Counted from the first letter of the stretch, positions 49,712-59,047 are shown. The stretch is 64,000 nt of DNA from Gammaproteobacteria bacterium (GCA_965205405.1 OZ242169.1:2480091-2544090), one strand, 5' to 3'. The notes: a model not told the origin generated them from the sequence alone. Program-made: numbers and translations.

Positions 49712-50806
49712 ATGAATGCGGGCATATACTCCAGCTTCATGAAGAAGCTCGTGCTTTTATTGCTGTTGTTTGCCCCTGCAGTATTTGCGGAGACTGTAAT
49801 CGGCGATTTCCGGCTCTCCGTACTTACCGATGAAGTGCCGGGTGCGCGGCAGATGGCGGAGACGGAATCCGGCCTGTTGCTGGTGGGGTCGCTGCGTCCC
49901 GGCAAACTGTATGCGGTGCTGCCCGACGCGGAAGGGAAGGCCGAGGTCGTCACTTTTGCCCGGGGGCTTAGCGTGCCGAGCGGCCTGGCCCTGATCGGCG
50001 AGGATTTATACGTAGGCGCGCTGGACCGGGTCCTGCGTTATCGTGCCATTGAGAAGACTTATCGGGATAATCCGCAACCGGAGACAGTGACCGACAGCTT
50101 GCCGGACAAGCGCCATCATGGTTGGAAGTACCTGTCCGTCGGTCCCGACGGATTTCTGTATGTTCCCGTGGGTGCGCCCTGTAATATCTGCGAATCGGAT
50201 GACCCCCGGTTTGCCAGTATCCTGCGGATGGATCTGATGACCGGCAAGACGACTATTTACGCTGCGGGCGTCAGGAATTCCGTTGGCATGGCCTGGCACC
50301 CGGATACCGGTGAACTCTGGTTCTCGGATAACGGACGGGATATGCTGGGGGATGACGTACCTCCCGAGGAGATCAATCGCGTAACCGAAGCCGGCGCTCA
50401 CTACGGATATCCCTACGTCCACGCCGGGGACATACTCGATCCAAAGTTCGGCGAGGGACGGGACCCGGCGGACTATGTAGCCCCGGAAATCATGATCCAG
50501 GCTCACTCCGCGGCACTGGGCTTGGACTTTTACACAGGCACGCAATTCCCCGAGTCATACCGGAACGCCCTGTTCATAGCCGAACACGGATCCTGGAACC
50601 GTTCCTCAAAAGTGGGTTACCGGGTCAGCGTCGTGCGCTTCGGCGCGGCAGGAGGGCCGGTGTATGAGCCGTTCCTGGACCTGTGGTTGAAAGATGACGA
50701 GGTATCGGGCCGCCCTAATGACGTTCTGGTATCCCGGGATGGCAGTCTCTTGATCTCGGATGATAAGGTGGGTGCGATTTATCGGGTGACCTATCAGGGG
50801 GAATGA
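49712..50806 (+). CDS. Periplasmic PQQ-dependent sugar (glucose/sorbosone) dehydrogenase-family beta-propeller protein
   Basis: Signal peptide MKKLVLLLLLFAPAVFA. SGDH-family pattern (LWFSDNGRDMLGDDVPPEEINRVTEAGAHYGYPY). Confidence 0.7.
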   Translation: MNAGIYSSFMKKLVLLLLLFAPAVFAETVIGDFRLSVLTDEVPGARQMAETESGLLLVGSLRPGKLYAVLPDAEGKAEVVTFARGLSVPSGLALIGEDLYVGALDRVLRYRAIEKTYRDNPQPETVTDSLPDKRHHGWKYLSVGPDGFLYVPVGAPCNICESDDPRFASILRMDLMTGKTTIYAAGVRNSVGMAWHPDTGELWFSDNGRDMLGDDVPPEEINRVTEAGAHYGYPYVHAGDILDPKFGEGRDPADYVAPEIMIQAHSAALGLDFYTGTQFPESYRNALFIAEHGSWNRSSKVGYRVSVVRFGAAGGPVYEPFLDLWLKDDEVSGRPNDVLVSRDGSLLISDDKVGAIYRVTYQGE

Positions 50807-50808
50807 CG

Positions 50809-50893
50809 CTTCCGTTGGAAATTTGGGGTCAGAGTAAAAATATGGTCAACTTGGTAGGTGTTGCCGGTTTATTCGTGAGTATTTTTACTCTGA
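50809..50893. repeat. Family-A hairpin repeat copy 3, between the convergent PQQ-dehydrogenase and MoaD-like genes
   Basis: Arms AAATTTGGGGTCAGAGTAAAAATAT / GTATTTTTACTCTGACCCCAAATAT around a 35-bp unique spacer. Followed by the family-B half-site AAATCTGTCCCC at 50906-50917. Confidence 0.8.
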
Positions 50894-50925
50894 CCCCAAA
50901 TATCCAAATCTGTCCCCGCCCGGCA

Positions 50926-51189
50926 CTATCCCCCGCCGATAGCGGGGACGAAAAAGACCTCGTTGTTTTCTTCCAGGCGTTGCAGGGGCCCCAGGTGGCT
51001 GATTTGTCCGTTGACTGCAACGGCAATACCGGGTTTTAACCTGTCACCGTCCATGAGCGCATCTTTTAATCCGGGATAGCTCTCATCCAGCGCGACGACC
51101 AGCCTCCTGACGGTGCGGCCTTCCATCTCGACGGTTTCCTTGCCGCCGGTATATGTCTGCATGGCTTTTGGGATCCAGACCGTCGGCAT
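50926..51189 (-). CDS. MoaD/ThiS-family ubiquitin-like sulfur-carrier-type protein ending in Gly-Gly
   Basis: About 87 aa from MPTVWIPKAMQTYTGG ... VNGQ ... EVFFVPAIGGG. The beta-grasp MoaD pattern and C-terminal GG match. Its start overlaps the stop of the Mo-hydroxylase large subunit by about 8 nt. Confidence 0.6.
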   Translation of the reverse strand: MPTVWIPKAMQTYTGGKETVEMEGRTVRRLVVALDESYPGLKDALMDGDRLKPGIAVAVNGQISHLGPLQRLEENNEVFFVPAIGGG

Positions 51190-51196
51190 AACGTCA

Positions 51197-53482
51197 TCAG
51201 GCGGCTTTGGCGGGTTTAGCGGCTTTGATGGCCGCACAGACCTTGTGGGGCGCCATCGGCATGGAGTTCATCCGTACGCCGACTGCGTCATGGATGGCGT
51301 TGGCGATGGCCGCAGGCGGCGGGGCGATGGAAATTTCACCGCAACCGCGCACGCCGAAAGGATGGGCGGGATTGGGCGATTCCAGGATCACAGTTTCCAG
51401 CATCGGCACATCCAGCGAGGTAGGCAGACGGTAGTCAAGCAGACTGGCATTTTTCAGGTGTCCTTCTTCATCGTAGAAATACTCTTCATTTAAAGCCATG
51501 CCTATCCCCTGTACCGCGGCGCCCTGCATCTGGCCTTCCACGTAATCCGGATGGACGGCCTTGCCCACGTCCTGGAATATCGTATACCGGAGAATGTCAA
51601 CCTTGCCGGTCTCGGGGTCCACTTCTACGTCCACCAGGTGTGCTGCAGAGTTTGGAATAAAGCTCTGGGGGCTCCCGGTCTTGTGGTAGCTGATAGGGCC
51701 GCCGGTCTCAAACATTCGCGCCGCCAGTTCATTAAATGTCAGGGTCTGTCCTGGTTCTGCCTTGTTACTGAACACACCTTGGTCGACGCTCACCTGGTCG
51801 GCATCGGTCTCCCACAGCAGGGCGGCCCGTTCACACATTTGCCTGAGTATCTCCTGCGCTACCTCACAGACGACTGCACCGGTGCCGTAGGTGGTCCGAC
51901 TGCCTACCGAAGGCAGTGAAAAACCGATGGACTGGGTGTCGGAGACAAGCGGGGACACCTGTTCAACGCCTATGCCCAGCATCTCCGCGGCCTGCATGGC
52001 CAGCGAGATCCGGGTGCCGCTCAAGTCGGGGCTGGCCGTGGTCATTGTGACGGAGCCATCCGGGTTGACCTGAAGGCGCGCGCTGGAGGTTTCGCCCAGA
52101 TTGAACCACAGGCTGTAGGCAAGGCCTCGTCCCTGGTTCGGCCCGTCCAGAGGCGCCTGGTAATGGGGGTGCGCCCTGACTGTGTCCATCAGTTTTTCCG
52201 TGTCTATGGGCGCCAGCGGGAATCCCGGCACCAGCCGGTCTCCGGTCCTGGTAAGATTTTGCATGCGGAAATCGATGGGGTCCATGTCCAGTTCAAAAGC
52301 CAGCTCATCTATCATCTGCTCCACCGCAAACAGGGCCTGGGGCGCGCCCGGGGCGCGATAGGGACGCATGGTGGGTTTGTTTACGATGACATCGAAGCCG
52401 TTTATCAGGATATTGGGTATGTTATAGCGGGACGTGGAAGACAGGATGCCGAGAAACAGGGGGCCACCGGCATAAGCGCCTGCTTCGTAGGCCATGTGCA
52501 GGTCGGCCGCCGTGATGGTGCCGTCCTGTTTAACGCCGAATTTCAGTTTGATATAAGTGCCGGAACTCGGCCCGGTTGCGCGGAAAACCTCATCACGGCG
52601 CATGGCGATCTTGACCGGGCACTGGGACTTTTTCGAGAGCATGGCTGCGACCGGGTCGATATAAACGCGCTCTTTCCCGCCAAAGCCACCGCCAATCTCC
52701 AGCGGTACGACGTTAACATTACTCATGGGCACCTGGATGATATCCGCCAGGTGATCGCGCAAACCAAACTGCCCCTGGGTCGCGGTCCACACGGTCACAT
52801 AGTCATTGTTATCCCAGTTTACCGTGGTGACGTGGCTTTCAATGTAACCCTGGTGAATGGTCTCCGCCGTGTATTCCCTCTCCAGGACGAGGTCGGCCTC
52901 GGTAAAGCCCTGTTCGATATCGCCATTGCCGAGTTGCAGGCGGGTGGCATTGGGTAGAAATTTCTCCGTGGGCGCGATAAAGCTCCCCGGGTGGTAATTT
53001 TCATGGATGACCGGGGCATCATCGGCCATGGCCGCGCGCACGTTCATGACCGGCGCCAACAGTTCATAGTCCACTTCAATCAGGTTGACGGCTTGTTCTG
53101 CGACGTGGGGGCTGTCTGCCGCTACCGCCGCCAGGGCGTGACCGTCGTAGAGAACCTTGTCTTTCGCCATGCAGTTCTCCGACATCTCGCGCATGTTGAT
53201 CATCCCGGCCATGCCCTGGCTGACCATTTCGTGTATAACCGGAGGGAAATCAGCGCCGGTCACGACTGCGCGCACACCGGGCAGGGCCTGCGCTGCGCGG
53301 GTGTCGATGGACTTTATACGCGCATGAGCATGGGGACTGCGAAGAATTTTCCCGTGCAGCATATTGGGCGGATGAAAATCATCGGCAAACAGAGCGCGTC
53401 CTGTTACCTTGTCCAATCCATCCGGGCGCATCGGTGTGGTACCGATGACGTTAAAATTGTTGTTCACAACTGCGCTGTTCAT
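51197..53482 (-). CDS. Molybdopterin-binding large subunit of a xanthine-dehydrogenase/CoxL-family hydroxylase
   Basis: About 762 aa from the ATG at 53482 (RBS GGAGG). N-terminus MNSAVVNNNFNVIGTTPMRPDGLDKVTGRALFADD ... KILRSPHAHARI. Aldehyde oxidase/XDH a/b-hammerhead and Mo-binding domains. Confidence 0.85.
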   Translation of the reverse strand: MNSAVVNNNFNVIGTTPMRPDGLDKVTGRALFADDFHPPNMLHGKILRSPHAHARIKSIDTRAAQALPGVRAVVTGADFPPVIHEMVSQGMAGMINMREMSENCMAKDKVLYDGHALAAVAADSPHVAEQAVNLIEVDYELLAPVMNVRAAMADDAPVIHENYHPGSFIAPTEKFLPNATRLQLGNGDIEQGFTEADLVLEREYTAETIHQGYIESHVTTVNWDNNDYVTVWTATQGQFGLRDHLADIIQVPMSNVNVVPLEIGGGFGGKERVYIDPVAAMLSKKSQCPVKIAMRRDEVFRATGPSSGTYIKLKFGVKQDGTITAADLHMAYEAGAYAGGPLFLGILSSTSRYNIPNILINGFDVIVNKPTMRPYRAPGAPQALFAVEQMIDELAFELDMDPIDFRMQNLTRTGDRLVPGFPLAPIDTEKLMDTVRAHPHYQAPLDGPNQGRGLAYSLWFNLGETSSARLQVNPDGSVTMTTASPDLSGTRISLAMQAAEMLGIGVEQVSPLVSDTQSIGFSLPSVGSRTTYGTGAVVCEVAQEILRQMCERAALLWETDADQVSVDQGVFSNKAEPGQTLTFNELAARMFETGGPISYHKTGSPQSFIPNSAAHLVDVEVDPETGKVDILRYTIFQDVGKAVHPDYVEGQMQGAAVQGIGMALNEEYFYDEEGHLKNASLLDYRLPTSLDVPMLETVILESPNPAHPFGVRGCGEISIAPPPAAIANAIHDAVGVRMNSMPMAPHKVCAAIKAAKPAKAA

Positions 53483-53484
53483 TT

Positions 53485-53967
53485 TTATGCCTCCGTCATG
53501 GTGTCTGCCGCTTTCAGCACGGAACGCACCAGCTTGTCGTAACCGGTACAGCGGCACAGGTTCCCCGCCAGCCAGTGGCGCACCTGCTGCTCATCCGGCC
53601 GGGGATTTTTATCCAGCAGTGCCTTTGCCGATACCAGGAAACCCGGCGTACAGATACCGCATTGCATTCCGGTTTCTTCCAGGAAAGCCTGTTGCAGAGG
53701 GTGTAATTCAGCGCCCGTTGCCAGTCCCTCTATGGTTTCGATGCTGCTGCCCTCCGCTTCAACGGCCAGCATACAGCAGGCATCCAGTAATACGCCGTCA
53801 ACGATAACGCTGCAAGCGCCGCAGTTGCCGTCGTTGCAACCTTCCTTTGTGCCGGTGAGATAGAGGATATCCCGTAGCGCCTCCAGCAGGCTTTGCCGGG
53901 GTTCGCACAGGAAATCTTTAGCCTCGCCGTTGATCGTTGCCGTGATACGGGATTTGTTACTCATCAT
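53485..53967 (-). CDS. [2Fe-2S]-binding small subunit (CoxS-type)
   Basis: About 160 aa from MMSNKSRITATINGE. Plant-type ferredoxin cluster CNDGNCGACSV plus a second cluster CGICTPG...CRCTGY. Confidence 0.85.
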   Translation of the reverse strand: MMSNKSRITATINGEAKDFLCEPRQSLLEALRDILYLTGTKEGCNDGNCGACSVIVDGVLLDACCMLAVEAEGSSIETIEGLATGAELHPLQQAFLEETGMQCGICTPGFLVSAKALLDKNPRPDEQQVRHWLAGNLCRCTGYDKLVRSVLKAADTMTEA

Positions 53968-54839
53968 TCCTCTCCCCTGGCGCGGGCGATCGCGCACCGT
54001 AATGCCCTTGTTGTCAGTACTTCAACCAGTTGTTTTCGATGTTCTATCGTGCCGCGCATGTCGTTTATCGGCGTGGATGCATCCCGGGCAATTTTGGCGG
54101 CGTCGCTTATCGACGCATCATTTACAGGTTTGCCGCTGAGCGCAGCGCCGGCCGCTTCCACGAACAGGGGCGTCGGCGCCACGGCGCCTATGGCTATCCG
54201 AGCAGTCTTGAAGGTTGCGCCGCTGTCATCCAGGTCGACCCGGGCCGCGGCATTCGCCACGGCGATATCCATTTCATTGCGTGGGATAAAACGCAGGAAC
54301 GCGGCGCCCGAGTTTGCCGGCGGCGCAGGGATGGACAGGGAAACCAGTATTTCATCAGGGGCTAGTGAGGTCCGGCCGGGTCCCGTACAGATTTCTTCCA
54401 CCGGCACATCACGTTCACCCCGGGCGCTGATGATGTGGGCGATTGCGCCGTAGACGATCAACGGGGGAACGGTGTCGGCGCTGGGGGCGGCATTGCACAG
54501 GTTGCCGCCGAATGTCGCCCGCCCCTGGATCTGGATCCCGCCGATCAAGGTCGCAGCGTCTGTCAAAGCCGGAAATCTTTCGGCTATTTCCGGGTGCTCC
54601 CAGATTGTCCGGCAACTGACCGCGGCGCCGATGGTCAGACGATCCGCATCCAGCTGTACGCGGGTGAGTTCCGGGATTTTTTTTGCGTCGATGATGAAAT
54701 CGGGAGACTTGCGGCCGTTGCGCATGAATATCAGCAGGTCCGTTCCTCCTGCGAGAAGCTGTGCCGAACCTGCGTGCTCGGCCATCAGTACGGCCGCCTC
54801 TTCAAGTCCACGCGGCGCCAGGTATTGGAAGTCTTTCAT
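53964..54839 (-). CDS. FAD-binding medium subunit (CoxM-type)
   Basis: 291 aa. MKDFQYLAPRGLEEAAVLMAEHAGSAQLLAGGTDLL, the FAD_binding_5 pattern. Confidence 0.8.
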   Translation of the reverse strand: MKDFQYLAPRGLEEAAVLMAEHAGSAQLLAGGTDLLIFMRNGRKSPDFIIDAKKIPELTRVQLDADRLTIGAAVSCRTIWEHPEIAERFPALTDAATLIGGIQIQGRATFGGNLCNAAPSADTVPPLIVYGAIAHIISARGERDVPVEEICTGPGRTSLAPDEILVSLSIPAPPANSGAAFLRFIPRNEMDIAVANAAARVDLDDSGATFKTARIAIGAVAPTPLFVEAAGAALSGKPVNDASISDAAKIARDASTPINDMRGTIEHRKQLVEVLTTRALRCAIARARGEE

Positions 54840-54853
54840 GGGTAAGTTTCTTG

Positions 54854-55936
54854 TTATGTGTATTTGATGCGCTCGACGGTCATATTATCATCGATAATCC
54901 TGCCGTTTTCTATGATGGCCCGGCCATCCAGTTCCATGGTGCAATCCCGCATGGGTACGTCGTAGTGCCCGCGGGTTGTGCGTTTGCCCCCGCCCTGGTT
55001 ATTGGGGCCGGTCGAGAACAGGAAGTTGCCGGGAAAGGTGCGGGCCGCGGCCCGGCTGCGCTCCGGCTCATCGCCGTTAAGGGCGATGCCGTACCACAGG
55101 GCCTGCGGGTTCAGGCCCCAACCGAGGTGGGAAACCGCATACGGGTCCCTGTCATCTGCGCCGGTACGATTATCATCCAGCCAATCCCGCATGAGTTTGG
55201 CATCGAGTCCGCCTTCCACTTTGTCGACAAAACCGGCGCGGATCGTCAGCTTGACCTCATCCTGGATGTACCGGCAATAAGGCAGGATTACGATGTCCCC
55301 CGGCTGAAAGACTACCGTGCCGTTGGCGCTGCCTTCATTGGGGAAGGTGTGGACGTGACCGCCTCCCCAGTGGTCAAACCGCCCCGGCGCGTCGGCATAG
55401 CCGTATTGACTCATCACCGGATATTCTCCGCACTCGTAGCTCAGGTCAGTACCGGCTTCACTGGTAACGTGTATTTTTTGGGTGTTTGCCAGCAGGGCGT
55501 CGGCATAGAGTACGGCTTCCTTCAAACCCGGCGGCGCCATTAGCTGCTCCAGGTCGTCCGGAGAGTCAATGATCATCAATACCCGGGTTCCGGCATCCCT
55601 GATTTCTTTCAACCAACTGGTGAACAAGGGTACGTGTAAGGCTACAATCAAGTCAGCGGCCCTGGCCGCTTCCAAGGTTCCCTTGCACTGTCCTACGGTG
55701 GGAACGCCGACCTTGGTCCAGGAAGGAATGGAGTTGACACACATTTCATAAACGTCGGCGCCAAGGTCTTCAGCAGCGGCGAATACCGCCTCCACGTATT
55801 CACGACGGGAGGCAAGATCGGTAAGTAACATCACGGTCTCGCCTTGTTGCACTTTGCAAAGTTCTAATTGTTTTTTATACAGCATACCCAGCTTGGCTGG
55901 GTTTAATTCCTGTACGCGGGCGATTGCGGGTAACAT
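54854..55936 (-). CDS. NicX/Hpo-like protein: 2,5-dihydroxypyridine 5,6-dioxygenase family (aminopeptidase-T/M29-like fold)
   Basis: 360 aa. The motifs YGYADAPGRFDHWGGGH, SHLGWGL and GNFLFSTGPNNQGGGKR match my recollection of P. putida NicX (YGYADEPGRWDHW, HIGWGL, GNFLFSTGPN..GGKR). First gene of the operon that continues into the CoxMSL-type genes. Confidence 0.6.
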   Translation of the reverse strand: MLPAIARVQELNPAKLGMLYKKQLELCKVQQGETVMLLTDLASRREYVEAVFAAAEDLGADVYEMCVNSIPSWTKVGVPTVGQCKGTLEAARAADLIVALHVPLFTSWLKEIRDAGTRVLMIIDSPDDLEQLMAPPGLKEAVLYADALLANTQKIHVTSEAGTDLSYECGEYPVMSQYGYADAPGRFDHWGGGHVHTFPNEGSANGTVVFQPGDIVILPYCRYIQDEVKLTIRAGFVDKVEGGLDAKLMRDWLDDNRTGADDRDPYAVSHLGWGLNPQALWYGIALNGDEPERSRAAARTFPGNFLFSTGPNNQGGGKRTTRGHYDVPMRDCTMELDGRAIIENGRIIDDNMTVERIKYT

Positions 55937-56048
55937 GTAAATACTCCTCCAGAGTTATTTGACATGATTGAATGACTATGCCGTTTTGTCAAGAAATCAA
56001 TGGGGTCAGACTCGATTGATTTAGTTCATTAGATTCCTGCTTTCGCAT

Positions 56049-56087
56049 AATTAATGGGGTAATTAATGGGGTCTGACCCCATTAATT
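56049..56087. promoter_or_regulatory. Tandem AATTAATGGGGT repeat plus 27-bp palindrome AATTAATGGGGTC-T-GACCCCATTAATT upstream of the nicX-like operon; candidate operator
   Basis: Seen in the sequence. 56049-56060 and 56061-56072 are direct repeats. 56061-56087 is a perfect 13-bp-arm palindrome. A related AATGGGGTCAGAC lies at 55998-56010. Confidence 0.4.
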
Positions 56088-56152
56088 TCTGAATTACTAC
56101 CTTCGGCTTTCGCAGGACTAAGAGGGAAAATACAAACTGTCCCCTGTTATGC

Positions 56153-56977
56153 TCAGGGCGCATTCAGGTTCCAGTCGTAATCATCGTCGAAATTGTTGTA
56201 ATTGTCGAGAACATCGGCTAACTCCGGGTTAGCGTACTGCTTCAGGTGGGCAAATACCCCAGTATCAGCGTCACCGAAATCCTCTTTGAACCAATCGTAG
56301 ATGCTGGAGATCACCAATTCATCATCCTCTACCTGTGCGCCCCGGGGGTGGTTGATATAGTCCTTTGCCGCTTGCTCCAGGAGTCTTTCAAGATTATCCG
56401 AGCGAAACGCTTCAGGAGACAGGTTCGGGCAGCCGATACTCGCGCAATTCACAGCGTAATGGATCCGGGGGTCTCTCCATATCGGCCGCAATATGCCGTG
56501 TTCTATCTGGTTCAAGGTCAGTTTTTCACCCTGCAGCGGAAACAACTCCAGGTTCCAGGGACCGAAGTCAACGATCCCGCTCTTGATATCCTTGATCGAG
56601 GCAACCGGGTAGCGCGGGACGATAACGAAAATCGTGAGCGCATTGTAGAGGTTGATCCAGTAAGCCATCTGTTCATCCCTGGAAAAGCTACGCGGGTCGA
56701 TAGCGGCGAGGCTCTTCAGGTAAGCGGACAGTTTGCCGCGGTCATTCGCGTTGGCTTTCAACGCGCCATAATCGAAGCGATGAATGCCGGAGGGGTGGTC
56801 GGTTTTCAGGTAGGCATCCAGAAGTTCCTGCCAGAGAGCGTGGTCTATGATGCCGGTGTTGGTTTCATCACTGACATCCCATTCAGGGATGACTTCAGCT
56901 TTTTGCGCGGCTCCGGCAAGCGTACCGATGCTTATCAGGGAAATAAAAATCAAACAGAGGACATTGTTTTTTTTCAT
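56153..56977 (-). CDS. Secreted DUF547-family protein
   Basis: 274 aa. Signal peptide MKKNNVLCLIFISLISIGTLAGAA. DUF547-like core (YWINLYNALTIFVI ... HYAVNCASIGCP). Confidence 0.55.
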   Translation of the reverse strand: MKKNNVLCLIFISLISIGTLAGAAQKAEVIPEWDVSDETNTGIIDHALWQELLDAYLKTDHPSGIHRFDYGALKANANDRGKLSAYLKSLAAIDPRSFSRDEQMAYWINLYNALTIFVIVPRYPVASIKDIKSGIVDFGPWNLELFPLQGEKLTLNQIEHGILRPIWRDPRIHYAVNCASIGCPNLSPEAFRSDNLERLLEQAAKDYINHPRGAQVEDDELVISSIYDWFKEDFGDADTGVFAHLKQYANPELADVLDNYNNFDDDYDWNLNAP

Positions 56978-56984
56978 GGTCGGG

Positions 56985-57704
56985 TTACCTGTATCGATAT
57001 TGGCAAAATTGTTGCCAACGGAGTTTGATGATCATGCGCAGAATACCTGTGCTGGCTCGAACTGCGCCCCGCAGGGTACCGCTGATCTTGGATTTGCCGA
57101 TGCGTAGCCGGGTATCTACCGGAACCTCGGCTATCTCCAGACCTTGTTGAATTGCCTTGACCTGCATCTCGACGGTCCAGCCAAAGCGGGTATCCGCCAT
57201 AGCCAGGCGAGCAAGCGCAGCAAAGCGGATGGCCCGGTACGGTCCCAGGTCGGTTACCCGTTGTCCCCACAGGAACCGGATCAAGGCACAGATGATCCGG
57301 TTGCCCAGGGCCTGGCCCGGAGATAAAGCGCCGCGCTCCGGGCGGCCCAGGGTACGGGAACCGATAGCCAGGTCGGCGCCGGCGCTAATGCGGTCCAGCA
57401 GGCTCGTTACCTGCGCTGCATCAAAAGCATGGTCGCCGTCAATAAAAACGATGGCGTCCGGTCCCTGCAATGTCGCTATGGCAGCCAGGCAGGCGCTGCC
57501 GTAACCGGCCTGTTGCTCATGCACCACGCGGGCGCCGGCTTCCCGCGCGCGCAGTGCCGTCGTGTCGCTGGAACCGTTGTCACAAACAACCAGGTCGTCT
57601 ACCACCATGGTATTTTCTGCATTGCGTAAAGACCGCAATTCGCGCACGACCATACCGATGGATTGTTCTTCGTTCAGAGCCGGTATCACTACCGCGATAC
57701 TCAT
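56985..57704 (-). CDS. GT2 glycosyltransferase, polyprenyl-phosphate sugar transferase (DPM1/GtrB/ArnC-like)
   Basis: Start at MSIAVVIPALNEEQSIGMVVREL (ATG 57704, or 57716 MYND). DxD (VVDD...CDNGSSD) within a GT-A fold, about 240 aa. Confidence 0.7.
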   Translation of the reverse strand: MSIAVVIPALNEEQSIGMVVRELRSLRNAENTMVVDDLVVCDNGSSDTTALRAREAGARVVHEQQAGYGSACLAAIATLQGPDAIVFIDGDHAFDAAQVTSLLDRISAGADLAIGSRTLGRPERGALSPGQALGNRIICALIRFLWGQRVTDLGPYRAIRFAALARLAMADTRFGWTVEMQVKAIQQGLEIAEVPVDTRLRIGKSKISGTLRGAVRASTGILRMIIKLRWQQFCQYRYR

Positions 57705-57764
57705 GTCGTTATACATGCAGCACCAGCCCGCGCCGGGAAGCTTACAGGCTTCCCGCAACCAGGT

Positions 57765-58613
57765 TTACTGTCCCCCCAGCTTATAGAAATCGAAGGTGTA
57801 GGTGACCGTACCCAGGATGGCATCGAAATCGGCGGTGTTACGGCCGTCCAGGACACTGAACCAGTTCAGCCCCAGGCTCAACTGGCCGGTCAGGTTAAAC
57901 GACCCGCCCACGGCGATACGGTCTATGTCTTCGTCGGTCTCAGGGAAACGGGTCGGGTTGAAGCCGGGGCCGCCGATGTCCAGGTCGCCATCGGACATGG
58001 TCTTGTGGTACTGCACTGACAAGGACAATTTCGGTGACACCAGCATGTAGGCGCCCGCGTTCAGGAACGTCTCGCCCGGGACACTGTCGTTGCGTTCCCG
58101 GCGGCCCACCTCAGCGGACAACGCAAACCGGTTGTCGAAGATTTTGCCGGCAATCAGGGATGCCTCAAAACCGTCCCCGCCGTCGCCGATGGCCTGGGGC
58201 ATGCCGGTGTCGTAGTCCCCGGCAATAATCCCGGCCACGCGCACGGCGATACTCGGGGCGCCGGCCTCGCTGATGTCTTCATCGACCACCCGCCAGGTCA
58301 GCCCCACGGTGGTGTCGATCATGCCGTCGGATTCCATGCCGTTGTCGGTTTCCACTTCGGAATAACCGCCCTGCACATCCACGGCCAGCGAGTCTGTCAA
58401 GCCGTAGTTCAGTGATGCCAGGGTCGTGCTCTGCTCAATGCCGCCGAAAGGCAGGCGCCGCCGGTCCTTGCCGCGGTAGAACTTCTCGGCATCCTGGTAG
58501 ACATGGGATACGCTTAAAGAGCCGGATTTGGGGATTGGCAGCCAGGCCGAACCCTGGGCCCAGACCGGGGTGCTGACAACAGTGATAAGAATGAAAGTAA
58601 GTATATGTCGCAT
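57765..58613 (-). CDS. Putative outer-membrane beta-barrel protein
   Basis: 282 aa. Signal peptide MRHILTFILITVVSTPVWAQG. Alternating hydrophobic/Gly-rich beta-strand pattern. Aromatic-rich C-terminus (TYTFDFYKLGGQ). Confidence 0.45.
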   Translation of the reverse strand: MRHILTFILITVVSTPVWAQGSAWLPIPKSGSLSVSHVYQDAEKFYRGKDRRRLPFGGIEQSTTLASLNYGLTDSLAVDVQGGYSEVETDNGMESDGMIDTTVGLTWRVVDEDISEAGAPSIAVRVAGIIAGDYDTGMPQAIGDGGDGFEASLIAGKIFDNRFALSAEVGRRERNDSVPGETFLNAGAYMLVSPKLSLSVQYHKTMSDGDLDIGGPGFNPTRFPETDEDIDRIAVGGSFNLTGQLSLGLNWFSVLDGRNTADFDAILGTVTYTFDFYKLGGQ

Positions 58614-58633
58614 CAGGGGTCTCCGTACCGGCC

Positions 58634-59047
58634 TCAGCCTTGGATGTTAAAACGCCGGGTCAGGTAGTACTGCACCATCTCCTGCTCGTCGGGACGCCCG
58701 GCGCAATCGCCGGCATTTTCACCGGGGCATAACACGCTGATAATGGCGTCGTTTTCCGATTCCTCGAACTTGAGTTCAGCCCGGGTGCGCAGGCTTTCGA
58801 CCAGACCGGTTGCGAGGTTCCCGCTTAACTGGTTGCGCTTGACGGGACAGGCCGATCGGCTGCAGGCGACCTTCCTGAAGAACACCATCTTGCCCTGCTT
58901 GTATATCTGGCCGAATTGACTCACGCCGCTGTTGCCCGTGCTGATGGACCCGGAAGCCAGGACGACGGGGGTGAGAAGGACTGCAAATACTACAGACCAG
59001 GTAAACGCAGTTGATGGATATTTAAATAGGAGCTTCTGTATTGTCAT
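58634..59047 (-). CDS. Hypothetical exported/membrane-anchored protein
   Basis: 137 aa, N-terminal hydrophobic segment, 5 Cys. No family recognised. Confidence 0.3.
   Translation of the reverse strand: MTIQKLLFKYPSTAFTWSVVFAVLLTPVVLASGSISTGNSGVSQFGQIYKQGKMVFFRKVACSRSACPVKRNQLSGNLATGLVESLRTRAELKFEESENDAIISVLCPGENAGDCAGRPDEQEMVQYYLTRRFNIQG

Noticed and set aside
54854-55936. Calling the 360-aa protein an aminopeptidase T (M29 metalloprotease), which shares the fold
   Set aside because: It is placed as first gene of a Mo-hydroxylase operon. The motifs YGYADAPGRFDHW / HLGWGL / GNFLFSTGPN..GGKR, as I recall them, are those of NicX/Hpo-type dihydroxypyridine dioxygenases rather than aminopeptidases. 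Kept as a family-level call with moderate confidence.
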